Origin: the human T2T-CHM13v2.0 reference genome, Homo sapiens | NCBI RefSeq assembly: GCF_009914755.1 | Contig: NC_060926.1 | Strand: one strand, 5' to 3' | DNA length: 64,000 bases | Shown here: piece by piece, positions 17,067 to 33,644 of the stretch | Position numbering within the stretch: position 1 is the first letter of the stretch | Layout of the letters: every line of letters begins with the position of its first letter | Notes under the pieces: generated by a model | Told to the model about the DNA's origin: nothing | The model's input: only the letters and a program-made list of their open reading frames with translations | The model's database searches: none | Program-made: the position numbers and the translations under genes

Positions 17067-17136
17067 GATGATCAATTCTTAGGTTACAGAAAATGGATTC
17101 AGATGGTCAATTCTTAGGTTACAGAAAGTGGATTCA
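17067..17136. repeat. 35-bp tandem duplication (2 copies, 2 mismatches)
   Basis: gatgatcaattcttaggttacagaaaatggattca / gatggtcaattcttaggttacagaaagtggattca. Confidence 0.95.
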
Positions 17137-19004
17137 GTTTTCTTAAGTGAAAGCTTGCTGTCCATAAATTTATGTTAATTCTTTGGTACCTATTGCTATT
17201 TATCTGACAATAAATAAGAGCATCTAGTAAATTAAACAATGGAAAAACACAGTACAGCTAATTTTTTTATGATGTGCTTTCAGAATTATAACATTATATT
17301 GCTTCTACATAAAATATTATTTTCTGCTAGAAGTATTTCCTGGAACATGATGGAATTAGATCAGTGAAACATGGCATTTCCCGAAGACCAGGCATAGGTT
17401 GGTGTTATTTGAAGAGCACTGTGAAAACATAAGTTCTCCAAAGGCGAGTATTCCATCTCCTGTTTATCAGTGCATACTCTGCATAGTTCTCAATACATAG
17501 TAGGTACACAGTTAGCTGTTAAATAAATGGGGGAAGGAAGGAATGAGCATTGCAGGTTGTAGGTGCGGTACTGTCTGGTCCCATGTGAGAATCATTGCCA
17601 GTCTGAAAAGTCCTTAACCTTGAGCTTTGACTCAGGTCCCAGTTTATGGGTGTGATTTCTTTCCATTCATTTATTCGTTTGCTATTTTTTTCATATCTTC
17701 AACCAAAATACACTGATTACTTACCAGACAGCAGCACTGTGCCAAGTACAGCTGGGAAGATTTGTCAGCAGAGTCTCTTGCCTTTGTGGATTTCATGTTT
17801 GAGTTTAGGAACAGACACACAAAGAGAACTACAAAATAGTGGGGTCAACTCAAGGATAGAAATATGTACATGGTATTAGGACAATTCAGAAGAAGGGTGC
17901 CTCCCCCAGCCTGGGAGGGTCAGAGATGATCTTTAGGAGGATAAAAACCTAAACTGAATTTTAAAGGGATTCTTCAAAATATCTGACATGTACATAAAAA
18001 ATCAATGTACATTTTAATTGGTCTCATAGGTTTGATATTGTAGACATCACTATGAAGTGAAGAACCTAGTGCAGTGCCTGGAACATGGTAGCTGCTCAGT
18101 AATGAACAGTTGTGGGTTAGTTAATTAATTAAAGAATACTTGTACTATCTAGGCTGGTGTAATCCACAGTATGCTCTTAAATATAGGATTGATTTTCTAG
18201 TACACATGAATTGAAACTTATGGATTTAATTCCCACATCATCTGGTTAGTACACACAGGAAAAGCTTCTGTTTCAAGGTCACAAAATTGAACCTCAAAGC
18301 CCGTCTGATCCCAAGAACAGCAGCAGTAGAGTGCAATGGCTTATGACAAATCCATCATCAGTACTAGAAAAAGTGAGGAACAGTGTGGGTGTTCCTATCC
18401 TCATCAGGTTCCCATCTATGTGGGCATCAGTGTGGAAGATATTCTTTATTTTGAAGACAGAAAATCAACCAATAGCTATGCTGGAAGGGCCAACTAGAAT
18501 ATTTATTAATTAGATTAAGATTACATTTTTATTCCTTACAATGAATGCTTACATCTATTCCTATAATAAAAGAGCCCCCAAAGAAATCTTGATTAAAATC
18601 TATTAGCATATGGAAGTATATTTGCCTTGCTGCAAAGGGAAAATGTTGTCTTAAAGTTTTTTCTTTTGATATATGAAAAAATCTCAACATTACTAATCAT
18701 TAGAGAAATGCAAATTAAAATGACAATGAGATATCATCTCACACCAGTCATTATGTTTATTACTAAAAAGTCAAAAAGCAACAGATGTTGGGGAGGATGT
18801 GAACAAAAGGGAATGCTTATACTCTGTTGGTAGGAATATAAATGAGTCCAACCTTTATGGAAAACAGTATGGAGATTTCTCAAAGAACTGAAAATAGATC
18901 TACCATTGGATCCAGCAATCCTGCTGCTGAGTATCTACCAAAGGAAAATAAACCATTATGTAAAAAAGATACATGCACTTGTGTGTTCATTGCAGCACTA
19001 TTCA

Positions 19005-19322
<318 letters not shown>

Positions 19323-19325
19323 ATC

Positions 19326-19628
19326 AGCCGGGTGCAGTGGCTCACCCCTGTAAACCCAGCACTTTGGGAGGCCGAGGTGGGCAGATCACAAGGTCAGGAG
19401 ATCGAGACCATCCTGGCTAACACGGTGAAACCCCGTCTCTACTAAAAATACAAAAAATTAGCTGGGCATGGTGGCGGGCACCTGTAGTCCCAGCTACTCA
19501 GAAGGCTGAGGCAGGAGAATGGTGTGAACATGGGAGGCAGAGCTTGCAGTGAGCCGAGATCGCGCCACTGCACTCCAGCATGGGCAACAGAGCGAGACTC
19601 CATCTCAAAAAAAAAAAAAAAAAAAAAA
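19326..19628 (+). mobile_element. AluY
   Basis: gagatcgagaccatcctggctaacacgg and gaatggtgtgaac...gagcttgcag diagnostics; long A tail. Confidence 0.93.
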
Positions 19629-19989
19629 TCAACTTCAGTGTCCATCAACAGATGATTTGATATAAAGAAAATGTGGTATATATACATAATGGAATACTAT
19701 TCAGCCAAAAAAATAGAATGAAATCATGTTTTTGTGGCAGCATAGATGGACCTGGTATACTCAGCACAGAGTTATGCTCAAGTGTTTCATAATGATAGAA
19801 TAATAATAGCTATCAGCATTGGAAAAATACCATTACCTGGAGAGATATAATACATTTTTGTGATTATTTCCAATTACATGTAATGATATCAGATTATTTC
19901 CTGTATTTATTTGTTTTGAGTGAAGAGAGCTGTTTTAAAAGCAAGAGGATACTCCCTCCTTCATTGTATTTAAAGTCTCTTGGCATTAA

Positions 19990-21170
19990 CTACTATCTCC
20001 TGATGACTTTCAAATTCATATTTCTAACACAGGCCTCTCTCACCAACTCCAGGCTCCTCTACCCAACTGCCCTATAACATTTCTTTTCTTTTCTTTTTTT
20101 TTTTTTTTGAGACAGAATCTCACTCTGTCGCCCAAGCTGGAGTACAGTAGCACAATCTTGGCTCACTGCAATCTGGGTCTGCCTCCCGGATTCAAGCAAT
20201 TCTCCTGCCTCAGCCTCCCGTGTAGCTGGGATTACAGATGGCACCACCATGCCTGGCTAATTTTTTTGTATTTTTAGTAGAGTTGGGGTTTCACTATGTT
20301 GGCCAGGCTGGTCTCAAACTCCTAACCTCAAGTGATCCGTCCACCTCGTCCTCCCAAAGTGTTGGGATTACAGGCGTGAGCCACTGCGCTCGCCCGGCCC
20401 CTTATCCAACATTTCTATCTGGATGCTGGCCTTAAACTTCACATGTCGGTATAAAATCTTATTCCACCCACAGTCTTCCCCATGTCAGTTGCTAGAAATT
20501 GTCTTTTTGGTTGCATTTGGAAACCCCTTTCCTTCCTTGTATCCCACATCTAACCCATCCAGAAAGCCTGTTGGCCCTTCCTTCCAAGTTTATGTATAGT
20601 CTGACCACTGGTCACTTCTCCACTGCAGCCACCCTGGCCCCAGCCTTTATTGCCTCCAGCCTAGCTTACTGGCCTCCCTGCATCTGGCCTCCGACTGCAT
20701 TCTTAACAGAATTCAGAGTGAGCTTTTAAAAACACACATCGGATTGCGTCACTCTTCTGATATATCATCCTTCTGTTCAGGGCTTTTGCACTGGTCATTC
20801 GCTTTGCCGGGAAATCTCTTTGCTCCGATATCCCTGTAGCTAACTCCCTCACTTCCTTCAAGCTTTTGCTCATCGGTCAGGCTTTCAATGAGGCCTATTT
20901 TAAATTGCAGCCACTTTCCCTCAAGCACTCCCAGTCTCCCTCACCCTGCTCTGCCTTCCACAGCACTTGTGCCCCCCTAAACCACGATATAATTGCTGAA
21001 TTTCTGTGCTCATTGTTTGTTGCCTGCTCTCTCTCACACACAGCAAGCTCCCCAAGGACATGAGCCCTTGTCTCTTGCAGTCGCTGATGCAGTCCAAGCT
21101 CCAGGAATGGTGCCTGCCACCTAGTAAGCACTCAGTCAGTACTGAGCAGCAAAGTGAATGAATGAATGAA
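19990..21170. mobile_element. L2 fragments, interrupted by an Alu
   Basis: Degenerate L2 text ending in gtgcctgcca...tagtaagcactca...gaatgaatgaatgaa. Confidence 0.65.
20080..20397 (-). mobile_element. AluSx-like
   Basis: Full antisense dimer. Confidence 0.92.
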
Positions 21171-21529
21171 GGGGATGCCCCTGAAGGGGAACTATGAAGA
21201 CATGGAAACCCAAGGACATGAAGGGGAAACTGCTTACTTGGCAGTTTTGCAGTCTCGGTAGGTGCACAGACAAAAGAAGTTCTTCAAATTATCTCATGTC
21301 CTTCCTGAGTGATGCTCACCCTAGAGAAACCATGGCTTGAAGTGGCTTGATATTCATGGCCTGTGCCCTGGTTTAGGAGACTCCACAGAGTTGTCCCTCC
21401 AGGTCATGTGATCTGCCCTCATCTGTCACCTGGAGCTTGTGCTGTGCTTGGGCAGGGCTTGAACTGGGGAGTCCTGGGACACCGTTCTTTTTTTATGAGG
21501 CTTTGGGATGGTTCCTATTTGTTTGACAA

Positions 21530-22310
21530 GGAGAGATAAACAGCTATTGCCTTAAATAAGTTCCAATTAGTGAGGGAGAAAGAAACCATTATAATTCAGG
21601 GACATGAGTGCACTGTAGCATGAGGAAAATTGATTGCAGTGTGTGATGGGACACAGCAAGGGCTGGCACTAACAGATCCTGGGGAGGCCAGCAGGGTCTC
21701 CCAGGGATGTGATGTCTCAGCAGGGTCTTGGAGCACAAATGAGAACAAGTCAGACAAAGAAGGATGGGAAAGGCATCTCAGATAAAGCGAGCTGCATATG
21801 CAAAGACAGGAGATGCCAGCAAGGGGGTGGGACCACAAGCAGCCCAGGCAGATGGCTGGCGCAGGGTGGAACGAGAGGGTGGTCAGACCTGAGGCTGAGA
21901 GGGGGGCAGGCCATGTCCTGGGGGGCCTTGTTTGTCTTTCTAAGGAGCCAGGAACTGGTATTATGGAAAGCCACTGCAGAATTGTAGGCAAGGGAGGGAC
22001 ACGGTCAGATTTGGTTTTAGAAAGATCATTTTGGACAAGCTAGATTTGGTTAGGATGTGATCAATGTCTGAATTAAGACAATAGCAGGGGAAACAGAGAA
22101 GTGGAGGGATTCTGGAGATATTATGCAGGTAGAATTGATAGGACAGTGTACCCTGTCTGTCCAATATAGGCCATGAGGGAAAGAAGAGTCAAGTATGACC
22201 CCCAGGTTTCTGGCTTGGGTAACAGAATAGATTTCTGAATTAAGAGGAGAAGGAAGGGGCTTCATGGAAAGATGCTGAGGTCAGTTTGTAACATGTGGAC
22301 TTCAAAATGC
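21530..22310. mobile_element. L2 fragment, opposite orientation to 19990-21170
   Basis: gtcagatttggttttagaaagatcatt...gaccccccaggtttctggcttggg L2 phrases. Confidence 0.6.
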
Positions 22311-22317
22311 AATGAGT

Positions 22318-22640
<323 letters not shown>

Positions 22641-22652
22641 TAATGGGGCATC

Positions 22653-23302
<650 letters not shown>

Positions 23303-23635
23303 ATATCCATCTTGAAATATCCAGCAGGAAGTGGGGTCTTTGAGGGGGACCCCGCTTCCTTGGGGGAGTAGGGTCCTTCCTCAAAGGGGGAGTCTGGGGT
23401 GGAGGAGTAGGTGGGCTCACTGATGGAGAAAGACTCTGGGACTACTGAGTCTCTTCCTGTCCATCATTCCTAAGGCATAACAGGGTAACCTGGGCCTCCT
23501 TCACAAATGTTGGCTTGCTCTGGCCTCCCTGACTCTGCTTCATCCTGGCTTCTGACACTGCCTGACTAAGATCTTGCTTGTGGGCATGGGGGAAAGTGAG
23601 GTTCCAGAATGTGGGAGAGGGAAGTCCACTGGTGA

Positions 23636-24072
<437 letters not shown>

Positions 24073-26204
24073 TAGAAAGCCTGCAGTTGTCAGGAGCTAT
24101 AGTGACTTGGGGCTCTGCTAGTCGCCATTAATACACCTTTTTTGGTAAACAGAGTATTTTTACAAATAGAGTTCTCTGAGAGGGACTTGTTGGTGGGGGA
24201 ATTCTGTGAGTTCCATCCATTTCATCATAACTCAAGGGGTGAAAGTTGAGACAAACATATAACAGCCATGTACTCAGCTGGCAGCTGCTTACACGGGTCA
24301 TCATTACATCATTAATGGGTCATCATTACAGCCCCCTTGCTGAGCTTCCTATCTTGGTAGGTTAATGGCTGACGGGTGTGTGGCCTTGTGCCCTGAAAGT
24401 GAGCTTTGATCCATTTTTACAGCAATGTATTTCTACCCTGGAAAGTTCCGTAGCTCTCCAGTTCCACACTAGCAGGAAGGACTCCGATTGCTGAAGACAG
24501 GTGGGGACTCTTGACTTAGAGCCAGATATCCTTCTCCACTCCTATCCCTCTCCTGTTCCCTAATTGGGAATTTCCTGGGGGTTTATCTTGGTAGGTTAGT
24601 GTCACAGGTGACATCTTGTATGAGGACAAATTAGTATAGGAGGGAGAAGTATATATCTTTCACAGTATATGCACTGTAGCAATGGCCTCCTTAAGATATA
24701 GCTATACGTCTTTATGTAATTTTCTTTCCAGGGGCAATGCCCACCTCCCTCACTGACACTGTCAATGGCATCTCCAGTTAGTTATTCCCCACTCCACGTC
24801 ACAGCAGTGAGGATGGGCTCCTCTGCCATCTGTTTTCTTCACCAGGTACATGGGAGAAGCAATGCAGGTGATCCCAGTGCTGTCCTTCAGTGGAGCTCAT
24901 GAAGGGGCTGACAGATGAATTCTAGATCCACCAGGAGGGATTTTGGTTAAAAGGAGGGCTGCATTATCAGTCAGAGTTGTTAGTCCTGAGGAGGCTGTGG
25001 GCTTCTTTTTCTTTAGACCTTGACAAATAAAATAGCTTATTATTAGATAGGAATGCATACTCCCCTCTGAGAGCTGGAAGAAGGCTTGAAGGACCTCTTT
25101 GGGGACACTGCTCCCCTGTGGCTATTTTTGTTTTTGTTTTTGACTTAAGGGAGCCAACGTTCAGCAAAGGCTGAGGTAGCAGAAGAATCTATTTATGGCA
25201 CGTATGTTGTGAAAAACACAATCAGGGCAGAAGCAGATTTTCTCCTCTGGAATGGCAGTTTTCAAGGCTGTAAATTGTGAAACAGCCTAAAGAAGGAAGT
25301 GGCCTCAGTTTGATTCATATCTAAACCCTCTTTCCGTGCTTATAAAAGATGATGAGCCTAGGGTCAGAGCAAAGGATGGCTTTTGCCTTGATGACACAAT
25401 TGTCAAATATTTTGTACAGGTTGCAGGACATGCTTGGTGCAGCTTTCAAAGGTTCCTGACCCGCTGAATTCCATTCCTCACTCTTGCTAAACAGTCCCAG
25501 AGAAAGCACAGGATATGAAAATCGTAGGCTAGAGGGAGGCAAGCACTGCTGAGCAGTGGATAGAGCCAGAGCCAAACGAGAGGATTTTTCTGTACTGCCT
25601 GAGTAAACTATTTTTCTTTATGAAACTTTGAGATTATTCCAGCCCTTATCTTTCTGATGAATTTTTATTAGCTCTTGCTTCAAAGTTTTAAATTTGTTTT
25701 TACACTCTAAAATGAAATGTTGTGAAAAACCCAGGAGAACAATGAGCAGAAGCCCGTGTGCTTCCTGGCCATTCTCTGTCTGCGCCATGCTGTTGGATGG
25801 TATATTACACATTGAGATGAACTGCTGTATGGGAAAGGCCACCTCATCAGTGGCGTGGAAAGAGCTCAGGGAGGTTTGAAATCATCTGAGCCTGGGGTAG
25901 TCAGGTCTGGGCAGGAGGGATTTGAGCTGGGCTTTAATAGGGCGTCTCTGGTCCAGAGGAAGTGAACAAGGAAGGCCTTTGAAGAAATGGGGATGTTTTA
26001 AGTGAAAGCACAGAGGTGGGAAAGCAAAGGGTTGACTTAGGCAGTAATGAATGGCAAAGAACAGTGGAGGATGAGGCTGGAATAGTAAATTGGACCAGGT
26101 AGACGGTCTCAAAGGCCAAGAGTTTGGTCTTTAGCACACAGGTAGGGAAAGCTAATGAGAGGTTTCTGAATAGGGGATTGCCTCCACGGTGCTCAGACAT
26201 TTCA

Positions 26205-27003
<799 letters not shown>

Positions 27004-27714
27004 CAAAGTGGTACTAGTTATAAACCCAAGTTCCATTTCTCACCTCTTAACTGTGTGATAAGGAAATGTCTCTGGACTGGCTTCCTTATTGCTGTATCTT
27101 TAAGGGATGTTTTATGTGGCTGATTTTCAGCTGCCCTAAAATACTCCATTTATTTTGCTCCAGATAAAAGTACTTATCCCTCTGAAACCTTGTTCTGTGC
27201 AAGGTTCAAGAAGTTTCTCTCCTTGAATTGTCAACTATCAACACAACATTTTAGAACTACTTCCTTTTTATTTGCTTTATGCATTAAAGTCATCTCACCC
27301 TTCATTTCACATATAATACTTATTCTCAAATGTCTACTTTTTCTCAATAATGCCACTCTCACTAAAAAACAAACAAACAAACAAACAAAACCCTCCATAT
27401 AGAGGAAGGATGTCCTGGTTTGAAAATACAAGTGTCTAATCATAGGAAAACTTTTACCCAATTTAAGCCAATAAATTAGATCTTAGTTAAAAATCAATGT
27501 TGACAGAATTTGGATATAAGAAGTTTGGATGATGATCCCTTGGGTCTAATTAATTGTGGTTAAGCTGATTTTTAAGGCTGTGAACTTGCAACCCTGGGAT
27601 CTGTCTCTGAATCCCTCTCTGATAACTTACCAAGATAGGCATCCAGTGACACCTAGATGCTGAGCTCTCTCCTGAACTTCCTGGACTCCCCATCTCCAGG
27701 GATTTTTAAGGAGG

Positions 27715-28121
27715 TGTATTAGTTTGTTTTGCATTGCTATAAAGGAATGCCTGAGACTGGGTAATTTATAAACAAAAGAGGTTTATTTGGCGCAAGGTTC
27801 TGCAGGCTGTACAACAAGCATGGCATGAGCATCTGCTTCTGGTGAGGCCCCAGGAAACTTACAATCATGGCAGAAGGTGAAGGAGGAGCAGGCTGTCACG
27901 TGATGAGAGAGGGAGCAAGAGAGGTGGCATGCTTTTCTAAACAACCAGCTCTCACGTGACCTAATAGAGCAAGAACTCACTCATTACCACAAGGACAGCA
28001 CTAACACATTCATCACAGGTCCAACCTCATGACCCAAACACTTCCCACTAGGCCCACCTCCAACATGACGGATCACATTTCAACATGAGATTTGTAGAGG
28101 ACAGATATCCAAACTATATTA
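27715..28121 (-). mobile_element. MST (MSTA/B) MaLR solo LTR
   Basis: tgtattagtttgttttgcattgctataaagg start; 5-bp TSD ggagg at 27710-27714 and 28122-28126. Confidence 0.9.
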
Positions 28122-30415
28122 GGAGGTATCGGAATTTTCTCAATTCTGCAACATAGTAAATTAAAAGATGTGTGGGTCTTATGAAATATAACAAATCTCA
28201 TGTCCAAAACAGTTACTAGGCTAGAAAAAATATTGTCTTGGGCCTCTGAGACGTTCTGCAATTGCCATCCTTTGTAGTCATACCTGGAGCGCTAGAAACC
28301 CTCATTCTCTCATTCTCCCTGCACTGTGAAGGAAGGGGCGGGGGTCAGTGCCATGGTTAGGAAGCTCTCGTTTAGAGACAGAAACCTCACAAATTCAGAT
28401 GCCAAGTCCTGACACATCTGTCCATCTCCATCCTGCCGCAGGGCTTCTTCTGTATTCCACCTTCATGTTAAGGGAGTCAGAACTGCACCTCCTTGAAAGC
28501 TTCCCTCCTGTAAATACATTCTAGTTCAATCTCAGAGCATGTAGGAGCAGGGGACTTGAGTTCTAGGGAATCTGACTTTTCAGCCCCTTGAATTTGGGAA
28601 AGTCACTTGAAGATACAGTTTTCATACATGTAAAATAATCTCTATCTCCCCAGGGCTGTGGGATGAAATAAATAAGGCACTTTGAAAACTGGGAAGCACT
28701 AGGTCTGCATCTCAGCCACTTTGTGTCCTCTTCACTTTTTCAAAGAGGAACATTTTTGATGAATGCTTGAAACCATTAAAAGTGAACACCCATTAAAACA
28801 AAAGCCAGCTTTGGATCATTGTAGGTAAATCGTTTTTATAAATCATAGGCCCAGATGGCCTATCTCCTCTTACTAGCCCGAGTAATTTTTGAAGGGAAAA
28901 GGACAAAGGAGTAAATAGCAAGGTATGGGGAAAGGAGGAGTAAAAGGAGGAGAAGCCCCCAGTAGCTGCTCTGCAGCTTGTCTGCACATTAGGTTGGCAA
29001 CTCAGAAATTATTTGGTTAATTCGGTGGTTGTAGACAGACACCAGATAATTACAAGGGGGAACATTAGCTTTAGGACATGATTTGCCCAGACTGGCTGTC
29101 TAGAATGATCTGATTATCAAGCAAAGCAGCAACTTTTCATTTCACTTGAGGCTACAGAGAGTTATAGTTGGTTTTGTATCACTGAGATCAATGTTTAGAA
29201 ACATACAGTGTATTTCTGGTTTAGTGCTAGAAGAGTTTTGTTTTGTTTTGTTTTGTTTTTAATGGAGTTTTCCTTAGCAAGTTCAGTTTAGAGAGAATAC
29301 TACAGCAAATTTCTAGGCCCTCATTTTATTTCCATCACAGAATATATGCTCTTGATGTTGCCCGTGCATTTAGTTATGGATTATTTAACACCACCATATA
29401 TTCTAAACTTTCCTTTCCCCTCATTTCATTAGTGATGAGAGGAAGATTACAGCCTACAATCACAGTCTTCGTAAAAAAGAAAAAGGAAATTGGTTGCTTC
29501 CTCTCTTATTTATTCATCTTCTCTGACTTCTTACATTTCCCAAATTACCTTCTGGGTTGTGTGCCCACCGGGGTGGTTAGCATTCTATTGATGTGGGAGT
29601 CCATTTCCTGCTTGCTGGGCCTTCTAACTGGAGTGCCACATTGCTTTCTTTAAATCAAACCTCTTAGAGCAGTCCAGCTAAGAGTTGGAGTAGCAGTACT
29701 TACGGGCCTGACTTGCATTCAACTTAGATTCACTGCAGCTACATGTTTTCTGCCTTTAAAATGGCGGCCTATTATTCCAAGGGTCGGAGAAAGCACAGCA
29801 GAAAGCGGCAACATAAAGTAACTCTGCAGTGTATTGTTCTCGGGGCAAAAGGGTTTCGAATCCAACGGCACAACAAAAGAGTAGAGAGAAAGTGCTTTTT
29901 GTCACCCTGGAGAAAAAACTCCCCTCTTTGCCAAAACTCCCTCTACTTGGAAAGGATGAAGAGCTTTTACGATGTTGATAAAAGAGCAAGGAAATATGGT
30001 TCCATTCCCATGTCAGGACCTGCTATTTCTTGGTGGGTGCGGAAGGGCACTTGTGTGCATTCAGTCAATTATAGGAAAGGAGCATTTACCAGCAGAAGTG
30101 TGGCATGCTCGGAAGAGGCATACCCCCTTCCTTTCCCGCCAAACATAAAATGGACAGTTTGGTAGAGGGGAATTTGTTCTTTTTAACAGGACAATAGCCG
30201 CAGTGTTCTAATTTCCATTGTATTCTTGATTTAAATTACCTTCCCTTAATAAGAAAAGCCTGCCCGATTTAATGAGTAATGAAATCATTGGCATTAGAAG
30301 GACTGTAGCTTTCAGACTGTGGGGAGGTCCGGGATTAAAATTAAAATTTAGGTCATTACAGAAAAGACCAATAATATGTTTCACATGGATCAGTCTCGGT
30401 TTTTTCTTTTTTAGC

Positions 30416-30695
30416 ACAGTGGTTCTCAAACCTTACATACGCCAGAATCACTTGGGGGTCTTATTAAAACACAAATGGAAGGAGAATGTTAGTGTCTACT
30501 TCACAGATCAGTAGCTCTCAAACTTTGGTGTGCATCAGAAACACCTGGAGGGCTTGCTAACCCACAGGTTACTGAGACCCTCCTGCCACTGTTTGTTTCA
30601 GTAGGGCTGAGGTAGGGCCTGGTAATTTGCTTTTCTAACAAGTTCTCAGGTGAGGCTGCTGTTACTGACTTGGGAAACATTTGAAAAACATTGGC
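30416..30695. mobile_element. MER5A-like hAT fragments
   Basis: cagtggttctcaaac...catcagaa(t)cacctggagggcttg...ttctaacaagttctcaggtga. Confidence 0.75.
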
Positions 30696-30917
30696 AGGGC
30701 AGGGCTAGTTAAAACATCTGAAATCCTGCCCTGACTTGTATGAAATCTGCTATAAAGTAAAAAGTGGAGTTTTTGGCCGACTGCTTGCTAGTTGGACTTA
30801 AGAAGACTGGCATGTGTTGGTCAAGCTGATAGACTCAGTTTACATTTGAATTCCAATTGCTACGAACAATGTCAGAGAAAAGATTCTTTTACATACCCTG
30901 GGAAAGAGATATAAGGA

Positions 30918-31037
30918 AAAATATATTTTATATGTATTTCTATATTTTTATAAAATCTATAAATATATATTTATAAATATGTAAAAATATATATTTTGGG
31001 GTATATTTATAAATATGTAAAAATATATATTGGGGGG
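30918..31037. repeat. AT-rich low-complexity tract with an internal tandem duplication
   Basis: tatatttataaatatgtaaaaatatatatt(tt)gggg occurs twice. Confidence 0.85.
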
Positions 31038-32926
31038 CTTTGAGAATGGTAAAGATATAAATCGGCACAATAATTTCATATAAGCCTTGTGCAATAGAAA
31101 CGTTTTCTTCTTCTAATTTTCCCTTCATAATTGTGAATTATTTGAATCTACAAATAACTTATTTATAAGGAGGGTTAGATTTGAGAATGTATTTACTCTG
31201 TGCTGTTCCTAGGATAAGCCTTGGGGTTTTTTGTACCTAAAATGCCTCTTCAGTTAACAGAATACTACTCTGCACCAGGTCTCAGGAATTTGGAGATTTG
31301 TATCTCTGGCTAAATTGTAACAAAGGCAGGCAGAGAATATGCCCAGAATTTGGCCTTCCACAATGCACACTGTAGTATCATAGCATGATGGGACTGGAAG
31401 AAGACTAGAGGCCATCTCTTTCAATCTGCTCCTTCCACAGATAGGTAGACCCAGCCCGGAGTGTTTGAAGGAGGTGTCTTTGTGGCAAACTGCACGGTTC
31501 TCACATGGCTCACTGGTGATGGGTCTGGGCAGAGGGAGAACTGCGGTATAAAGGGCCAGCCCGTCCTGCTGCCCTGCTCGTGCTGGCGCCACATTCGACA
31601 CGTGGCCATGCCTGTGCAACCTGGTGTGTGGAGGCAGGGCATTCAGGTTTTGAGAAGAGAACATCATTGGATCTGGCAGCTAAAATATGAAACACCATCC
31701 CTCGGGCTTCTCTGAGTCTGTAGTCTCATCGGGAGGCCAGCCAACTTGCTGTCTGCTATTGAGTGTGGGCTTGGAAGTGGGAGGAAAGCACTGGGTGATG
31801 AGAGAGTAGGAGGACAGAGAAAGCCTGAGGAGTGGAAAATGTGTTGAAGAGGGTGAGGAAAAGGCAAGAGAGCCCCAACTTAAAATACACAACTTAAAAG
31901 ACTCTGCCACCGGCAGTGAACCAACTCCTAACAATCCTTACTGGCTCTGGGCCTGCTGGCCCTCAGGTGCAGCCCCTGCTCTGTGCCACAGAGAGTCAAC
32001 CCGCAGGGCGCATTTCCCAGGCTGCCTCTGCATGGCATGTCCAGTGGTGGGATTGAAAGGTTGGGGGAAAGGAGGGGCCAGGGAATCCCACTTCCCCTCC
32101 CCAGGTGGCCGCTCCAGCAGGTACTGGACGAGACCTCAGAGACTCAGCCTCCTCAGGCTGCCCTGGACTTCCACAATTCCAGCTCCTCTTTTTGTCTTCC
32201 ACCCCATGGTTGGTAGCAGCTTTTTCCTGAGCTCAGTTCCCTCTTCATCTGTAGAAATAATTCCCGGCATTAAGCTCTTTCTATTGTAAATACTTAAAAT
32301 AGTTACTGTTTTATTGGTTAGATCCTGACTGATACAGGTTAGAATGATTATTTTCAGTGAATTTATGAGGAAACAGAGGATTATGTAGGTTAAGTAACTT
32401 GTCCAAGGTCATCACAACTAGCAAATGATGAAATCAGCATCAAAACATAAGACTGCAGAGCTCATACTCTCAACACAATACTCTGTGGCCTCTCACAGTG
32501 AGTTTGAGGGAATTCAGAAAAAGGAAGACAAGAAATATCTTTATGTATAAAACAGTGGTAATAAAAACAGTGGTGTGAAAACGTTGCTTTGACCTCAAGA
32601 AATTAGGTAATCTCTGTGCTAAGGTGGGTGTATGTGTCTGTGCCCGGTGTTCCAGGGTCCTAAATCTTGAGGAATTAATTCAGCTCAGGCATTGGTGCTA
32701 GTCTTTTATTATTCCTCATTTTCTCAGTTGATCACAAAGGGTTACTTATTTCCACTCATCTAGTTGCAGTTTGTGAAAATGTGGCCTGAACCTTGCTTTG
32801 GAACTCAGGTTGCTATAGAAACCTTTGACTGGAGGTGAGGGATCACGAAGGTTTATTAATGAGAATTTCCCCGCTTTACCCCTGGGCTCAGTCTGTATGA
32901 GATTCCCAGAAAGGCTCATTAGTTTT

Positions 32927-33437
32927 TGTATTAGGGTCCTCCAGAGAGACAGAACCAATTGTGTGTGTATGTGTGCACGGGTGCATGTGTGTGTGCATAT
33001 GTGTGCGTGTGTGTGTATATTTAAAGGAATTGGCTCATGTGATTATCGAGGCTGACAAGTCATAACATGTGCATTTGGCAAGCTGGAGACCCAGGTGAAC
33101 TGATGGTGTAGTTCCAGACAGAATGCCGGCAGGCTTGAGACCCAGAAAGAGCTGATGTTTAGTTTGAGTCTGAAGGCAGGAAAGAACTGATGTCCCAGCT
33201 CAAGGCATTTAGGAAGGAGGAGTTCCTTTTTATTCTCTGTTTGGTCAGCCTGTTTGCTCTGTTTCAAGTGATAGGATGAGGCCCACCCATGTTGGGAAGG
33301 GCAACCCACTTTACTCAGTCTACCCATTTCAACGTTAATCTCTTCTGGAAACACCTTCACAGACAGAACCAGAATAAGACTTGACCAAATGTATGGGCAC
33401 CCTGAGGCCAGGCAAGTTGACACCATTAATCATCACA
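32927..33437 (-). mobile_element. MLT2 (ERVL) solo LTR with an internal (TG)n
   Basis: tgtattagggt.ctccagagagacagaaccaat...ttgacac...aatcatcaca; TSD gtttt. Confidence 0.88.
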
Positions 33438-33644
33438 GTTTTCATTACAGAAGGCTAACTTTTCAGCCAAGTAGTTTTGTAACAAAAGCTGATGATTCTC
33501 TCTGCAATCAACCCTACAGAACTCTGGTCTTCAGGCTTCAGAGGAGAGCATATACTTGAGTTAATTGCTGCCTGGCTCCTTCCTTGAGCTCTGTCTTGAA
33601 TTGATGGGTATCAGAGAGTCACTTGATATTTGAAAGAGAGAGGG

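Noticed and set aside
17067-17136. CRISPR-like repeat length (35 bp)
   Set aside because: Two abutting copies, no spacers, eukaryotic context.
24710-24850. Possible exon (tttctttccag acceptor; cag/gtacat donor)
   Set aside because: Weak donor and no ORF or other support.
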